A stretch of 63,863 nt of DNA, the filler included, from Bipalium vagum (Eukaryota): assembly GCA_037834085.1 (NCBI GenBank). It is 3 parts of 3 records of this genome, joined end to end, with 100 filler letters (N's around TTAATTAATTAA, not from the genome) between each part and the next. Parts side by side here need not be neighbours in the genome. Positions count along the whole stretch, not along the records: positions 48,315 to 63,863 come from JBBMKC010160400.1; 2 more parts are not named here. One strand, written 5' to 3'. The first letter of the stretch is position 1; every line of letters starts with the position of its first letter. The position numbers were made by a program, and so were the translations under genes. The notes below the pieces were generated by a model. That model did no database searches, was not told the origin of the DNA, and saw only the letters and a list, made by a program, of their open reading frames with translations. This document shows positions 53,397 to 63,863 of the stretch, piece after piece.

Positions 53397-54418
53397 TTTT
53401 CACAGCAATAATTTTTCAAATGCACTAATGATATAAGCGAATAATTAATTTAAACGTATTTATATTGTTGTTAATCATTAATATTATTATTAAACACGAA
53501 TCAGTCCTAATTTATTTTTCCCTTAAATAAAATTATTATTAAATTACCATTGTTAATTGAAAGTATTTTTTGTCCAAAATTAATAAATGAAAAATCTCGG
53601 AAACATCTGACGAAAAAACTATTTAAACACAATTTACATGATTTTATTTAATTTACATTTACTTTCATTAATTTTTCCCACAAGATAAATCTTTCTAGAA
53701 AACGTTAGATTTTCTATTTTAAAAAAATTAATAAATAAATAAAATTCGTGTGATATACATATATATAATTTATTATTGGAGAAAAATGTGACCTGACTCG
53801 AATAATAAAACAATAATCTCCAAGTAGGATCCAGCAAAGATTGTAAACTCTGTCAGTAATAAAATTCCTTTTATCCCCATTTAGTTTGAATTACACATTG
53901 TTAGGAAGATAAATTGAAATGAATTTTAACTTAATTACTTAAATGCATCCCCCATTAGGATGAAGTGTAAATTTGATTTAAATTTAATTTTAAATTTGTT
54001 GAAATCGACCTCATTTAATTTTTCAATTTGCAATCTTTCCCCAACCCAAACATCAGAGTGGGGACTGTTGTCACTAGCTCGTTTTTATCAAGTTGTACGA
54101 GCTTGGTGAGCTTGTGAAGAGGAAATAGGAAGACCAATTATTGCGAATGAATGAATCCATAATTTGCGCTTCATCCCTTAACTAATATTAAAATTCCTAA
54201 CACTCTAATTAAAGTGTTTAATCGATAGCTCGTTCCTAATTGTATAATTGATCTTTGTAAAATTAATTGTTGCTATTTATTATAATGACTTCAATTTTAT
54301 TAATTGAATAATTTACTTTTGTTGTTTTCGTTGCTGTTGTTGTTGATGTTGATGTTGTTGATGATGATGTTGAATGTTTTCAATCATAATTGTCTTTCTA
54401 AGCCTCCGTGATTTATTT

Positions 54419-54435
54419 GAGAGAGAGAGAGAGAG
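54419..54435 (+). repeat. (GA)n tract
   Basis: About 8 GA units in a TE-free island; a similar tract lies at 35781-35793. Confidence 0.9.
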
Positions 54436-55776
54436 TTATCAATTTCTGGTCTTTCATTAGTCCTTAATTGAGGCTTTTTCTGTTTGAAAATTTACTGTTC
54501 CAATTTCGGTTCTTTTCTACTGGAAAAGATTTTTTGAAGGAAATTAATGAATTTAACTTATCTGCTTATTTTGATGGGTTTCGAAGAATTCTATGAAAAT
54601 GTCTTAAGTTTATTTCTCTTTTTAAGACCGTCTTTTGAGATCAAAGTAAGCTTTATTGACAAAGTACATTGAGATATGACAGATTCGGGTACTCCTGTAA
54701 AGTATGAAACTCCTGATTAATCTTTTTTGTGAACAACATAAAATTATGATGTGCCTCTCTGAAACCATTCTCTAATAATTTGTCTCTTATAAAATTAAAT
54801 GGAAAATATCATTCCGATGATACCAACTAAAATAACTCTGCAAATATTCTATAAGATAATAATTCTTTCTAAGTGTAACTAAGTACAGTTCTCTAAAACC
54901 ATCAAATAACTAGAACACATTTTTACTTTAAGAGATAATATATATTTAATTAATTAATAATAATAATTTAATAAAAAACTATAAATCTCCAAGCATTAAG
55001 ACTTAAATAAGTTCGAGTATTTCTATTTCTTTAAAAGGAGGTTAAAAATTCTCCAAACCATGAAATTATTGAAATTCCAAGAAAAGGTTAGAAAATCTCA
55101 TCCAAAGAGTATTACAGGTTTAGGATCTCAAATATACATAAATGTAGAAACATTACATCTTTATATATACAAGTATGCATGATTCATCAATATTGAAAAT
55201 GATTTCAAAAGTTCTGCAGTGTCAAAATTTCTCTATATTTAATATTTCTCAGAAATGGGAACATTTTTAAAACCTTTATTTGAAAAGGAAATCATACATG
55301 AGATATCCCACTAAAATATACAATCAAAAAGGATGAAACAACTCAACAGGTAGAAGATATTTGAATTGAATCAAATTGAAGATTTGAAGAAATCCTTTTA
55401 CGATCTTGAATAATTTGTTATATTAAATAAATCTTTATAAATTAAATTTGGTAAAAAACTGTTTTAAAAGTGCTGAAAAATCAGAAACAATTAAGAAGAA
55501 AACTAAAATGCAAACTTTTTATAAATATATTACATTGATTAGTGTACTTGGAATTTGTGTGACAAAGTGAAAATCGATCAAAGGGATTTGAAAACAAGGT
55601 GATCCATAATCATAATAATAATATTATTATTAATGAATATAAAATTCCAAACATTTTGTTTCATATAGGAAACCGAGACTATATTCGTTTGCACATTTGG
55701 ATTTTGAGTGCATTAAAACAAATTAAAACAAATAAATAATATCTTTAATCTCTGACAGTCATTAATAATAAAATTA

Positions 55777-55777
<1 letters not shown>

Positions 55778-55810
<33 letters not shown>

Positions 55811-55862
55811 TAATAATAATAATTAAAATAAAAATATTAATAATAGTTGTTATTCTTTATGA

Positions 55863-55918
<56 letters not shown>
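55778..55918. repeat. Inverted microsatellite pair (TAA)~15 / spacer / (TTA)~18
   Basis: Arms 55778-55823 and 55864-55918 are mutual reverse complements, about 60 nt 3' of the Nkx stop codon. Confidence 0.95.
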
Positions 55919-55920
<2 letters not shown>

Positions 55921-55978
55921 TCTTATCAGTTAACAAAAAAAAATATATTTTATAATTAAATACAAGAGTTCCATCAAT

Positions 55979-57028
55979 CTAATTGTTATAGGACGATGTT
56001 AAAATGTTTGATATCAACCCCTTGAGGTTATTCGTAGAGGGAAATGAAGAAATGGCTTCATTGGAACTGGAGGCAGAATCCCGGAACATCGGATTAACCC
56101 GAGATAGAAATCTTGTAAAATAATGCTCATTTGCCATTATGGAATTCGCTGCTTTTCTTGGTGTTTCCTTTTGATTATTGATAAAATTATTATTGTTATT
56201 ATTGTTATTGATATTATTATTGTTATTATTAATACTATTAGTTGTGATGGCACTATTACTAATACTATTATTGCTGTTGTTGAATTCTCTTAGACCTGCT
56301 TGATTAGTAACATTAGGGCTAACTATGCTATCGCTATGAATAACATCACTGTTCGATTCTCCGAACCGAAAGGAGTGATATCTAGCTCGCTTGATTTTAT
56401 ATCTATGATTCTGAAACCAGATTTTAACTTGAGTCGGTGTCAGTCCCAAACAAGACGCTAAAATTTCTCGCTCTGGTGCCGACAGATATCTCTGTTGTCG
56501 GAATTTTTGTTCTAATTGAAAAGTCTGACTTTTTGAAAATAAAATTCTTCTTCGTCTTCTGGAATGCGAAAAGTGGTATTTATTTATACTGCTATCATCA
56601 TCATTTATTTCTTCTTCCATTGATGAGCACATTTGTGAGTATATTGGCCTATATAAATTATCTAGGGGATAATTGGTCCCACTGATACCGTTTACGTTTT
56701 CTAGTAGTCTTTTATTAGCACTCTCAATTTTTATGTGATTTCGTAAAACCATTTCATCAATGGATTTTCTTTTAATAAAATCATTTTTGATATCCGATAA
56801 AGATCTCAATCTTTCGTGGATCATGTGAAGCCAATTGACATGAAATTGATTGTTGAAATTTTGATTATCATTGGATTCAACTAAATGAAAATTTAAATGG
56901 ACCTTAAATAATGCATTAAACATACATTTTCCAAATGATTTATCAACGTCTTCTGCACTCAATAGCGGCTGGGAATCAGTACTTAGAATGGTATTTATGG
57001 AAAAATCATTTTTCTTCGTCATTTTCAT
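55979..57028 (-). CDS. nkx2.2: NK2-class homeobox transcription factor, Nkx2.2/vnd type (exons 57028-56926 and 56880-55979; 334 aa if spliced)
   Basis: N-terminal TN/eh1 motif DFSINTILS; homeodomain 56560-56381 [60 protein letters not shown] (Tyr54, [17 protein letters not shown] typical of Nkx2.2); degenerate NK2-[12 protein letters not shown]. Confidence 0.93.
   Translation of the reverse strand: MKMTKKNDFSINTILSTDSQPLLSAEDVDKSFGKCMFNALFKVHLNFHLVESNDNQNFNNQFHVNWLHMIHERLRSLSDIKNDFIKRKSIDEMVLRNHIKIESANKRLLENVNGISGTNYPLDNLYRPIYSQMCSSMEEEINDDDSSINKYHFSHSRRRRRILFSKSQTFQLEQKFRQQRYLSAPEREILASCLGLTPTQVKIWFQNHRYKIKRARYHSFRFGESNSDVIHSDSIVSPNVTNQAGLREFNNSNNSISNSAITTNSINNNNNNINNNNNNNNFINNQKETPRKAANSIMANEHYFTRFLSRVNPMFRDSASSSNEAISSFPSTNNLKGLISNILTSSYNN
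56881..56925 (-). other. 45-nt phase-1 GT-AG intron, in frame and stop-free
   Basis: T|gtatgtttaatgcattatttaaggtccatttaaattttcatttag|TT; consensus-like donor and acceptor, upstream of the homeobox as is usual in NK2 genes. Confidence 0.8.
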
Positions 57029-57065
57029 TTTTCAAAACGACTAATTTAATATCTAATAATATTAA

Positions 57066-57158
57066 TTTTATACTTTAATACAAACCATTCTTCCATTCTC
57101 ATTGGCTGCGCTAGAAAGGAAAGCAGAAGATTGCCTGAGCTCGAATTTCAATTGGCTG
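57066..57158 (-). promoter_or_regulatory. Nkx2.2 core promoter: TATAAAA plus two CAGCCAAT boxes
   Basis: Minus-strand TATAAAA at 57072-57066; identical CAGCCAAT at 57108-57101 and 57158-57151. Confidence 0.65.
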
Positions 57159-58001
57159 GTTATAATCTTTGCAACGATCATTGTTTCTTTATAAATTATT
57201 TTTTTTATTTTAATAACATTATTTTTTTGAAATGAAATAAAATTTTTAATTATTTTCAATGATTTTACATATCAATATTATGTGCGACATTTTATAAAAT
57301 ATTTGAAATATTGTTTTTATTGAATTAATAAATTCATTCACTTTTCAATATATCTTAGAGTTGAACTATTAATATTTACTATTTTTATACAAAAATGTTT
57401 TTATTCACTGAGAAGATGTTGAACAAATTTCAAAGGTTTCTTTAGTTTAAAACATTTACAAATCTTATTGTAAAATGACAAAGATAAAAATGGTAAGACT
57501 GATAATAAATATTATATATATAATATAATACTGATGAATAATTTTGATAATAACGATGAACGGACGATATGTGAATCGTTATAAATAAAAGAGCGGCAAC
57601 CGGAGATAAATATTCAAACTGGAGAAAGTAAAAACTAATGGATAGTCAATGTTTTCTCTGATTAAGTAATTTTTTTAAAAAAATTTTAAATAATAATTTC
57701 TACCATTCAGAATTTTACATATTTAATTTTAAAAATTAGTCCGTCGTTTAGGTAATTAAGGTGTGTTGTTTTAAATATGAATGACTGATGGTGAACTGAT
57801 AATAGTTCGAAGCATGTTTAATAATATTAAATGTTTGGAAAAAATTTGTTCAAAATTATTGAAATGCGTCTATTTAAAAAATAATATAATATATTTAATT
57901 TTTATTACATATTGAATAATTTTTAATCTTCAAGCTGTCATAATCAAAATATTGGCTTTGTTTATATGAACTGCAAAAAATATTGCAATTTTATATATAT
58001 T

Positions 58002-58497
58002 CAGTACATGCTTGATAAATGAAACATTTCCTGAATCAAATTCGTTGCATTTATAACATTGTGTTACATTTATCGAGATAACTAAATTTTTATACAAATT
58101 GTACTTATATACAAAAATTTATTTATAAAATGAGACAAATATACAAAAACCATATTTTATTAATACATATTAAAACGAGTCTTGTAGGGCTCTTTCAGTT
58201 TCGGAAAATGTATTTATGGGTTTCATTTTTCTTAATGGAATATAAGGATACCTCCAAAAATCTTCTATTTTTTCTTCTTTTGGTTAATTCTTGTAATTGC
58301 AATCTGTTAATAATGTAATCTCTGGTCAATGTAGGCATTTGACCCCCTTTTTCAATTTTTGCTATGAATTGAAGTTTCTCTTCCATACTAAGAGGTTTTT
58401 TAAATAGTACCAATTAATATTAACTTTAATTAAATAAAAATTGCATTTAACGAGTAGTCTGAATTCAAAAAATGTTGCATTTATCAAGCATTTACGG
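58002..58497 (-). mobile_element. Non-autonomous pogo/Tigger element (~500 bp) with TIRs
   Basis: TIRs cagtacatgcttgataaatgaaacattt and aaatgttgcatttatcaagcatttacgg; internal KKPLSMEEKLQFIAKIEKG (CENP-B-type HTH start); repeated ttgcattta. Confidence 0.82.
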
Positions 58498-58559
58498 TAT
58501 ATATATTTATTAATAACAATTTCTCTCTCTATCACATATAAAATGTGTCGAAAATCACG

Positions 58560-59172
58560 AGACACTAAATGGTTACGAGTTACAAAAATACAATAACATA
58601 ATTTTGGTAATCACCATTCAGTATCTCTTTAGATGGATTCCTCGTGATTTTAATGATCGTAGGACCGCTTAAATCTTTTTCCGTTATACACAAACATGAA
58701 CCAGTTCTTGATCGTCTGATAACTGGTGATGAGAATAGAATTATGAACAATAATTTGATAGGTAAATGAATCAATTAAAAAATAATGAGAAAGTCCAGAT
58801 CATTAGAAGTGGCCTAATAAATGTGAAATCAATGATAGAAAACAAGAAAGTTGCTATTTACAAACACATTCTCTGATCGAAGAAATTTTTTGGTGAAGTT
58901 TAGCCATATTGCTCAAATATTTATTCATAAGATTTTTACCTTTTCCGGTCGCTGCAACATTATTTAAATGAAAAATCATTTTAGATGGAATAAGATGCCA
59001 AAATTGCATCACAAAAATTTTTCGGTTTAAAAAGTGATCAGTTTAATTCAAGGAGATTATTGATTAATTGAAGATTGGTCAATGGTCATGGAGAAAATGA
59101 TAACTGTTATAATAAAAAGATTTTCTGAAAAAAGTTTCCAGTTGTAATACAACATTATTTTTAAACCAATAC
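58560..59172 (+). mobile_element. Decayed mariner
   Basis: RWIPRDFND, EPVLDRLITGDENRIMNNN, FRSLQHYLNEK. Confidence 0.8.
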
Positions 59173-59799
59173 TAGAAATATGGGGCGTAAAAATGTTAAT
59201 ATAAAATAAAAATTGAACATTGGACTTCGATATTGTTTTATTTTTCTCTTTGAAAATTACGAATTTCAGAGAATTTTTACACTCCGGTTTTTTGACAGTT
59301 CAATCCAAATTGAGAAATTTAAAAACCTTTTTTCAGAAGAAACAAATGAACCAAAGTAGATTCGACATGATTCTTGTGTCTGGAATATGAGAAGGAGCGT
59401 GATCTTGCTAACCATCGAATTTTCTAGTGTCAATTGGTTTCATTTGAATGAATAGCATTCATGTCTTTTTAAAACTTTCATCTACCATATTAAAACTACA
59501 CGGATTTTCGTTTTTGAAAAATTTTTTCTAGATTTTCTTTAAATTTTGTTTAAAAAATGTAAATGGTAAAAAATTCCGATTGAAACCAAAGTAATTCATA
59601 TTTTTAAGAAAATTTCTTTCAAGGCCTAAGAGAAAAAAGTTTTTTTGTTTTTTCTTTTAACATTATTGATTCAAACTATGGCAGAAAGAAGAAATGTGGT
59701 ACTTAATCCTTTTTTATAATTTACTTTTTTTGATTCATCTATACTTATGGGAAGCACATAAGGACAATTGCGAAATGTTTTCATATATATCATCTATGT

Positions 59800-60700
59800 T
59801 CCCCTGTCTGAAAGTATTGAAACCAAAGTCTTAACAGCAATTTCTCCAACTTCAATAAAACTACAGAGCGAAGAATTGTCATGTTCAAACTAAAACGTTT
59901 ACAATTTCAGTCATGGCCAAGGACTTAATATATTAGTTGCAATATATAACCCAACCTGAAACAAATTGGTAAAAGTAGTCCGTATTTAATATAGAAAACC
60001 TACGTAGTATACAATCACGTTAATATATTAAAACAGCCGAAGAATATCCTGTTGAAAATGAAATAACCCTTGTGTATCTGAATAATTTCTGCCTGTTACA
60101 ATTTTTACAAAAAATGACAACCTGGTTTGACATTTCTTTCAGCTTTCGAGTAATTATTTTCTGTGCATCAATATACGCAGCTCTACCTGTTGTACTTAGA
60201 CCCTTCAAATAATGCCAGTTGGACTGAGACATTCCTTACAAAGCTCAACATTATCAGTCAATGACTGATCCATCTGTGAATGATATTTTTGATAGCAGTT
60301 TGTTCACATCATTAATGATTGTTTCATATAAAGAAATAAATGTTGTCATCGTCTGTGATAAGTTCTGATGTTTGTTCAAGTTCTTCTTCAGATACTTTAC
60401 TACTCTTGCATAACAGACTTTTGTGTACCTAAGTCTCCTGTTTTTGACGAATTAGTTTAAGACTGTTAATTGTTCTGAATTTAAATGTGATTTCGTAATT
60501 TGTTGAATAGTAACAGTCTCGAGTCATATAATAAAATCAAACTTGTTCTTCATGCTTAACCGATCACTGCTTGACAAATGATGAATGACCCAAGATAATC
60601 GCCAAATGTCTAATGTGATTTCAAAGTGAACTACAAAGTATCTGTGTTCCTTCTCGGATCACCAATGCTTCAGAAAACCAATGATCACTGATAAATATTC
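59800..60700 (-). mobile_element. Possible gypsy-like RNaseH/integrase remnant
   Basis: HRYFVVHFEITLD, a CKEC zinc-finger end, GLSTTGRAAYI and SFSTGYS occur in the expected order; very degraded. Confidence 0.35.
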
Positions 60701-60826
60701 TAAAATATATCTTTTTAATGTGTAGTTTAATATTGTCTAAAACAAAATATTTTTTCATTAATATAAGGTAGCTTCTAATACACATCTCTCGCATCATACA
60801 GTAAAGTTGTCTTTGTTACCTTATAG

Positions 60827-61119
60827 CAGTGGTTCTCAATCCATTGCTTGTCAAGCATTTTTAAAGGGATTACGAAATTACGGTAGGTGTGCAAATCATT
60901 ACATGTGAAAAATCGTGTTTTATGATGCTGATTAAACCACTTCTGTTCACAATTACCTTTACTACTACAGTTAAGTATTTTATAGATAATGTTATTATCT
61001 GGTATTCTTATTATTATAGGTTGGGTTTATTTTTTTTATTCAGTATGGTGAGTTATGACTTCAATTCTTAGTAATATTGATTTTCTTTGGGGTCGCCATA
61101 GAAAAAAGGTTGAGAACCA
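60827..61119 (+). mobile_element. hAT (Charlie/Buster-type) MITE with 8-bp TSD
   Basis: Left TIR cagtggttctcaatcc; right ggggtcgcc...aaaaggttgagaacca; TSD ccttatag at 60819-60826 and 61120-61127. Confidence 0.87.
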
Positions 61120-63244
61120 CCTTATAGTAAAGTATATTGTGATTTTATTAAAGGTAATATCGCAGGCACATCTCAGTCTTTGCATATGATAGTAAATAAG
61201 ACTTTGTAACAGATCATTGTATATCTCCAAAGAATTAGTTCAGATATTACTTGAATAATTAATTAATATATCAAAAATTAATTATATTTTTAATTAATTA
61301 ATTAATAATTTAATCTCGAACAAAAACGCTTAACTTTTCCAAGGTATTTTTTCAATGATTTAAATTACTTTATTAACCGTTTTATTTGCGTATAATCACA
61401 ATAATTAATAATATTTAGATTATTTTTTATTAAAATTAATTAATTAATTAAAATTAATAAAATCTTTTCAAACAAACTCAAATGTGAGGACAGCAATTTT
61501 TATTTTACAGGTTTGAAGTTTATTCGAAACATGAAAACCTTAATGAAATTAGAAATGTTAATCAAATGAAAAAAGTTATAATAAACATTTTTAATTAATT
61601 AATTAATGCCTTCAGTTGGGTGAAAGAGATAAAGTTGAAATGAAAATTATCTTGTATACAATTTGGAGCTATCCAGTCCATTAAAGAATGTTCGTTTCCT
61701 TTAGCGATGTAATGTTTGGAAATTTGATTTTTATGAAAAAAAAGAGTATTTTGTTTTATGACGGAAAAGTTTGATAGTCATCCTAAGTAAGTAATTGAAG
61801 CGATTATTAAAGCTTTTAGTACACCATAATAAAGAATAATTAACGCTACAATTGACCGTGGTGTGGATTAATTCATTTGTTCCGAACATTCTTCTTGCGG
61901 CAGAGATGCCCCTGAAGAAAAAAAACAATTAGAAACTGAATGAAAATTGATTACCAACGGAAATGTGTTAAATCACTAAGACCTGGTTTACACATAGAAG
62001 TTCTCTTTTGACATTTCCTCTGTTCTCCTACTAATTCAGTCTGTCTTGTTCTTAAATTGCCTTATTTTTCGCAGACTTTTTTCAGAAAACCTCATCCCTT
62101 TAAAGCCACAATCAACAACAATTAATCAATTACAATTAAAATCGCTTTGCTTGTGTGAGACTATTTGTTGATTTCACAAAACAAATGCTGATGAAATTAA
62201 GCTTCATGAAATCTGCCCGGTTATCGCCATCAAGGATATCACGAAGACCCTTATCAAAAGTATACTTCATATTATGCCATTATCACATATTTTTATTTTA
62301 TTTATTTTTATTTCAGTACTGTTATCTGCCTCACCTAACGTATGGAAAATGAGTCTGAGCACTTGTGTATTGATAAAAAAAATTACTACCTACTAGTAAT
62401 GTTAGTTTTTGAGTACTTAATTAATTGACGATTAAATAAGACTCCATTTAATAAGGAAACGGACGATTCCAGTCATTTGCAACATTGAGATTTATTTGTT
62501 TAAACCATTTCCTTTTACGAGTTAATTTGAACATTAAAGAGAGATATTTTAATACCCATCATAAATTTTGTTTAAGGAAAGTTAACCCAGTATCCGATTG
62601 CCACTCAAAACGGTGAGTCTGGCAGCCAATTTGGTATAATGGATGCATTTAGTTATCCTCGACACCCAGAGTAGATTGGTTTCTTGTTGTTAATTGTCGA
62701 TTTATTATGATCAGAATTGGTCATTTTAATAAATTTTTCTTTAATTTTGGATCTTCCTAATGTTATTGATTATTGCCAAGCTTTCTCACCAGAAAATTTG
62801 ATGTTCATTTTCAATGAATGGAAACTTTAAGAGATAACAGAAACAGAATTTGTTTTAATGAGACCAATGGATTTTATAGATTTTCTTGATAAAAATAGGG
62901 TTTTGTCAATAGTCAGACAATTAAACCTGTGGGGGGTGGTGGCATGAAGAACTTTTTTATTGATTTGTATTTTTACTGTTAAGTGTTTTTTTTATGTTGA
63001 TTCTGGAAAATTAAAATTTGTTTTTCCAGAAAAGATACATTTTTATTATATATGTAATTTTGTAAACATTCTTTTTTGTTTTAATTTTTATACAAAGCAT
63101 CAAATTTTCAACATAATTTTTCAGTGATTTTCTTAATTATATAAAATATATGTTAAAATTATTAAATTATTTGTCTGACACAATCTTCATAATACAAAAA
63201 AAACATGAATAAAATTTATAATAACCGTCGTTTTGACAGTAAGA

Positions 63245-63718
63245 CCTCTGTCATTTTGACGGTTAAAAGATTGTTCAATTGTAAAAATTTCTTTTGGTCA
63301 GTGAACAAAACTTTGTAAAGCCCATGACCTTCAAGCTGCCGTATCATCGATCGACTTCTGTCAAGTCGTTTTTACCTCTAGGTATTCGTATAAGAATGTA
63401 CTTTTCTATCGTTTAAAGAAGCCAGTCCCAAGATTCTTTTAACCACACGACGAACAGATTCGCTCGAAATTCGAGACTAGCCAGACATTTTTTTCATTGA
63501 CCTTCAAGAATGTCTGGCAATTCTTGATTAAATCTTTTTCTCGACTTTTGGTGCCAAATTAGCTTGCCATTATTTAGTCTTCCAGTCTCATTGCAACGCT
63601 GGAGAATACGATAAACAAAATTGCGTCTCGACTTTTTAATTTTGAGTACCTTCAAAATATCGAATGCAGACTTTCCTAATCGGTAAAGCATAACTACAGT
63701 ACATCTTTGACTTTCCAT
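63245..63718 (-). mobile_element. maT/DD37D-like transposase, N-terminal half, 3'-truncated
   Basis: MESQRCTVVMLYRLGKSAFDILKVLKIKKSRRNFVYRILQRCNETG, KRLDRSR, VLFTD, IFTIEQSFNRQNDR. Confidence 0.85.
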
Positions 63719-63787
63719 GGTTGGAAAATTATTAAGTGGTGTTGGGTTTAACAAAGGCGCAAAATCAGATTTTGGCAATAGTAAGGA

Positions 63788-63799
63788 TTATTATTATTA

Positions 63800-63863
<64 letters not shown>
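63788..63863 (+). repeat. (TTA)n microsatellite at contig end
   Basis: More than 20 units with one interruption. Confidence 0.97.

Noticed and set aside
41403-53410. TGA reassigned to Trp (frames such as KLAK*LLRRAL, KIED*EEIL, LNY*FPDE, LL*KVK read well with W)
   Set aside because: All Trp codons in the ENaC, Nkx2.2 and TPI-like exons are TGG in uninterrupted frames. The TGA-only frames lie in TA-depleted islands where several frames on both strands behave the same way, and the joins required cherry-picked splice sites.
54071-54109. pre-miRNA
   Set aside because: Stem only about 12 bp and no recognisable seed; kept only as a hairpin.
56437-56685. 82-aa plus-strand ORF
   Set aside because: Antisense shadow of the homeobox.
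1-63863. Inward-facing (TAA)n at both window ends as telomeres of a mini-chromosome
   Set aside because: The two ends belong to different contigs and the same repeat occurs internally (14430, 42394, 55778); assemblies commonly break at such tracts.
1-63863. CRISPR arrays, rRNA, tRNA, operons or prokaryotic defence systems
   Set aside because: No repeat-spacer periodicity, cloverleaf or rRNA-like sequence seen; gene content is metazoan and spliced.

Overview
Very AT-rich animal (metazoan) nuclear DNA, not prokaryotic. It consists of three separate contigs (1-21397, 21498-48214, 48315-63863) joined by artificial 100-bp linkers (44 N + TTAATTAATTAA + 44 N), so adjacency across the linkers is not biological. 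Three host genes are recognisable, all on the minus strand. (1) The large first coding exon of a DEG/ENaC-family channel whose pre-TM1 HG motif reads RG; the rest of the gene was not found in the window. (2) A complete Nkx2.2/vnd-type homeobox gene with a 45-nt in-frame intron, a compact CCAAT/CCAAT/TATA promoter and an inverted (AAT)n/(ATT)n pair just 3' of the stop. (3) A very divergent triosephosphate-isomerase (TPI/TIM) homolog: its best exon keeps both intron positions and phases known from human TPI1 but has lost the catalytic GHSERR motif. This candidate pseudo-enzyme is the most interesting object here. Most of the rest is decayed transposons: many mariner lineages, Tc1, rosa/DD41D-like, maT/DD37D, IS630-like DD34E, pogo/Tigger, hAT, Chapaev-like, BEL/Pao, gypsy and LINE remnants. 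There are also (TAA)n microsatellites and several TE-free islands that look like enhancers or short unannotated exons. All family calls come from motif recognition by eye, not database searches, and TE boundaries are approximate unless TIRs are cited.
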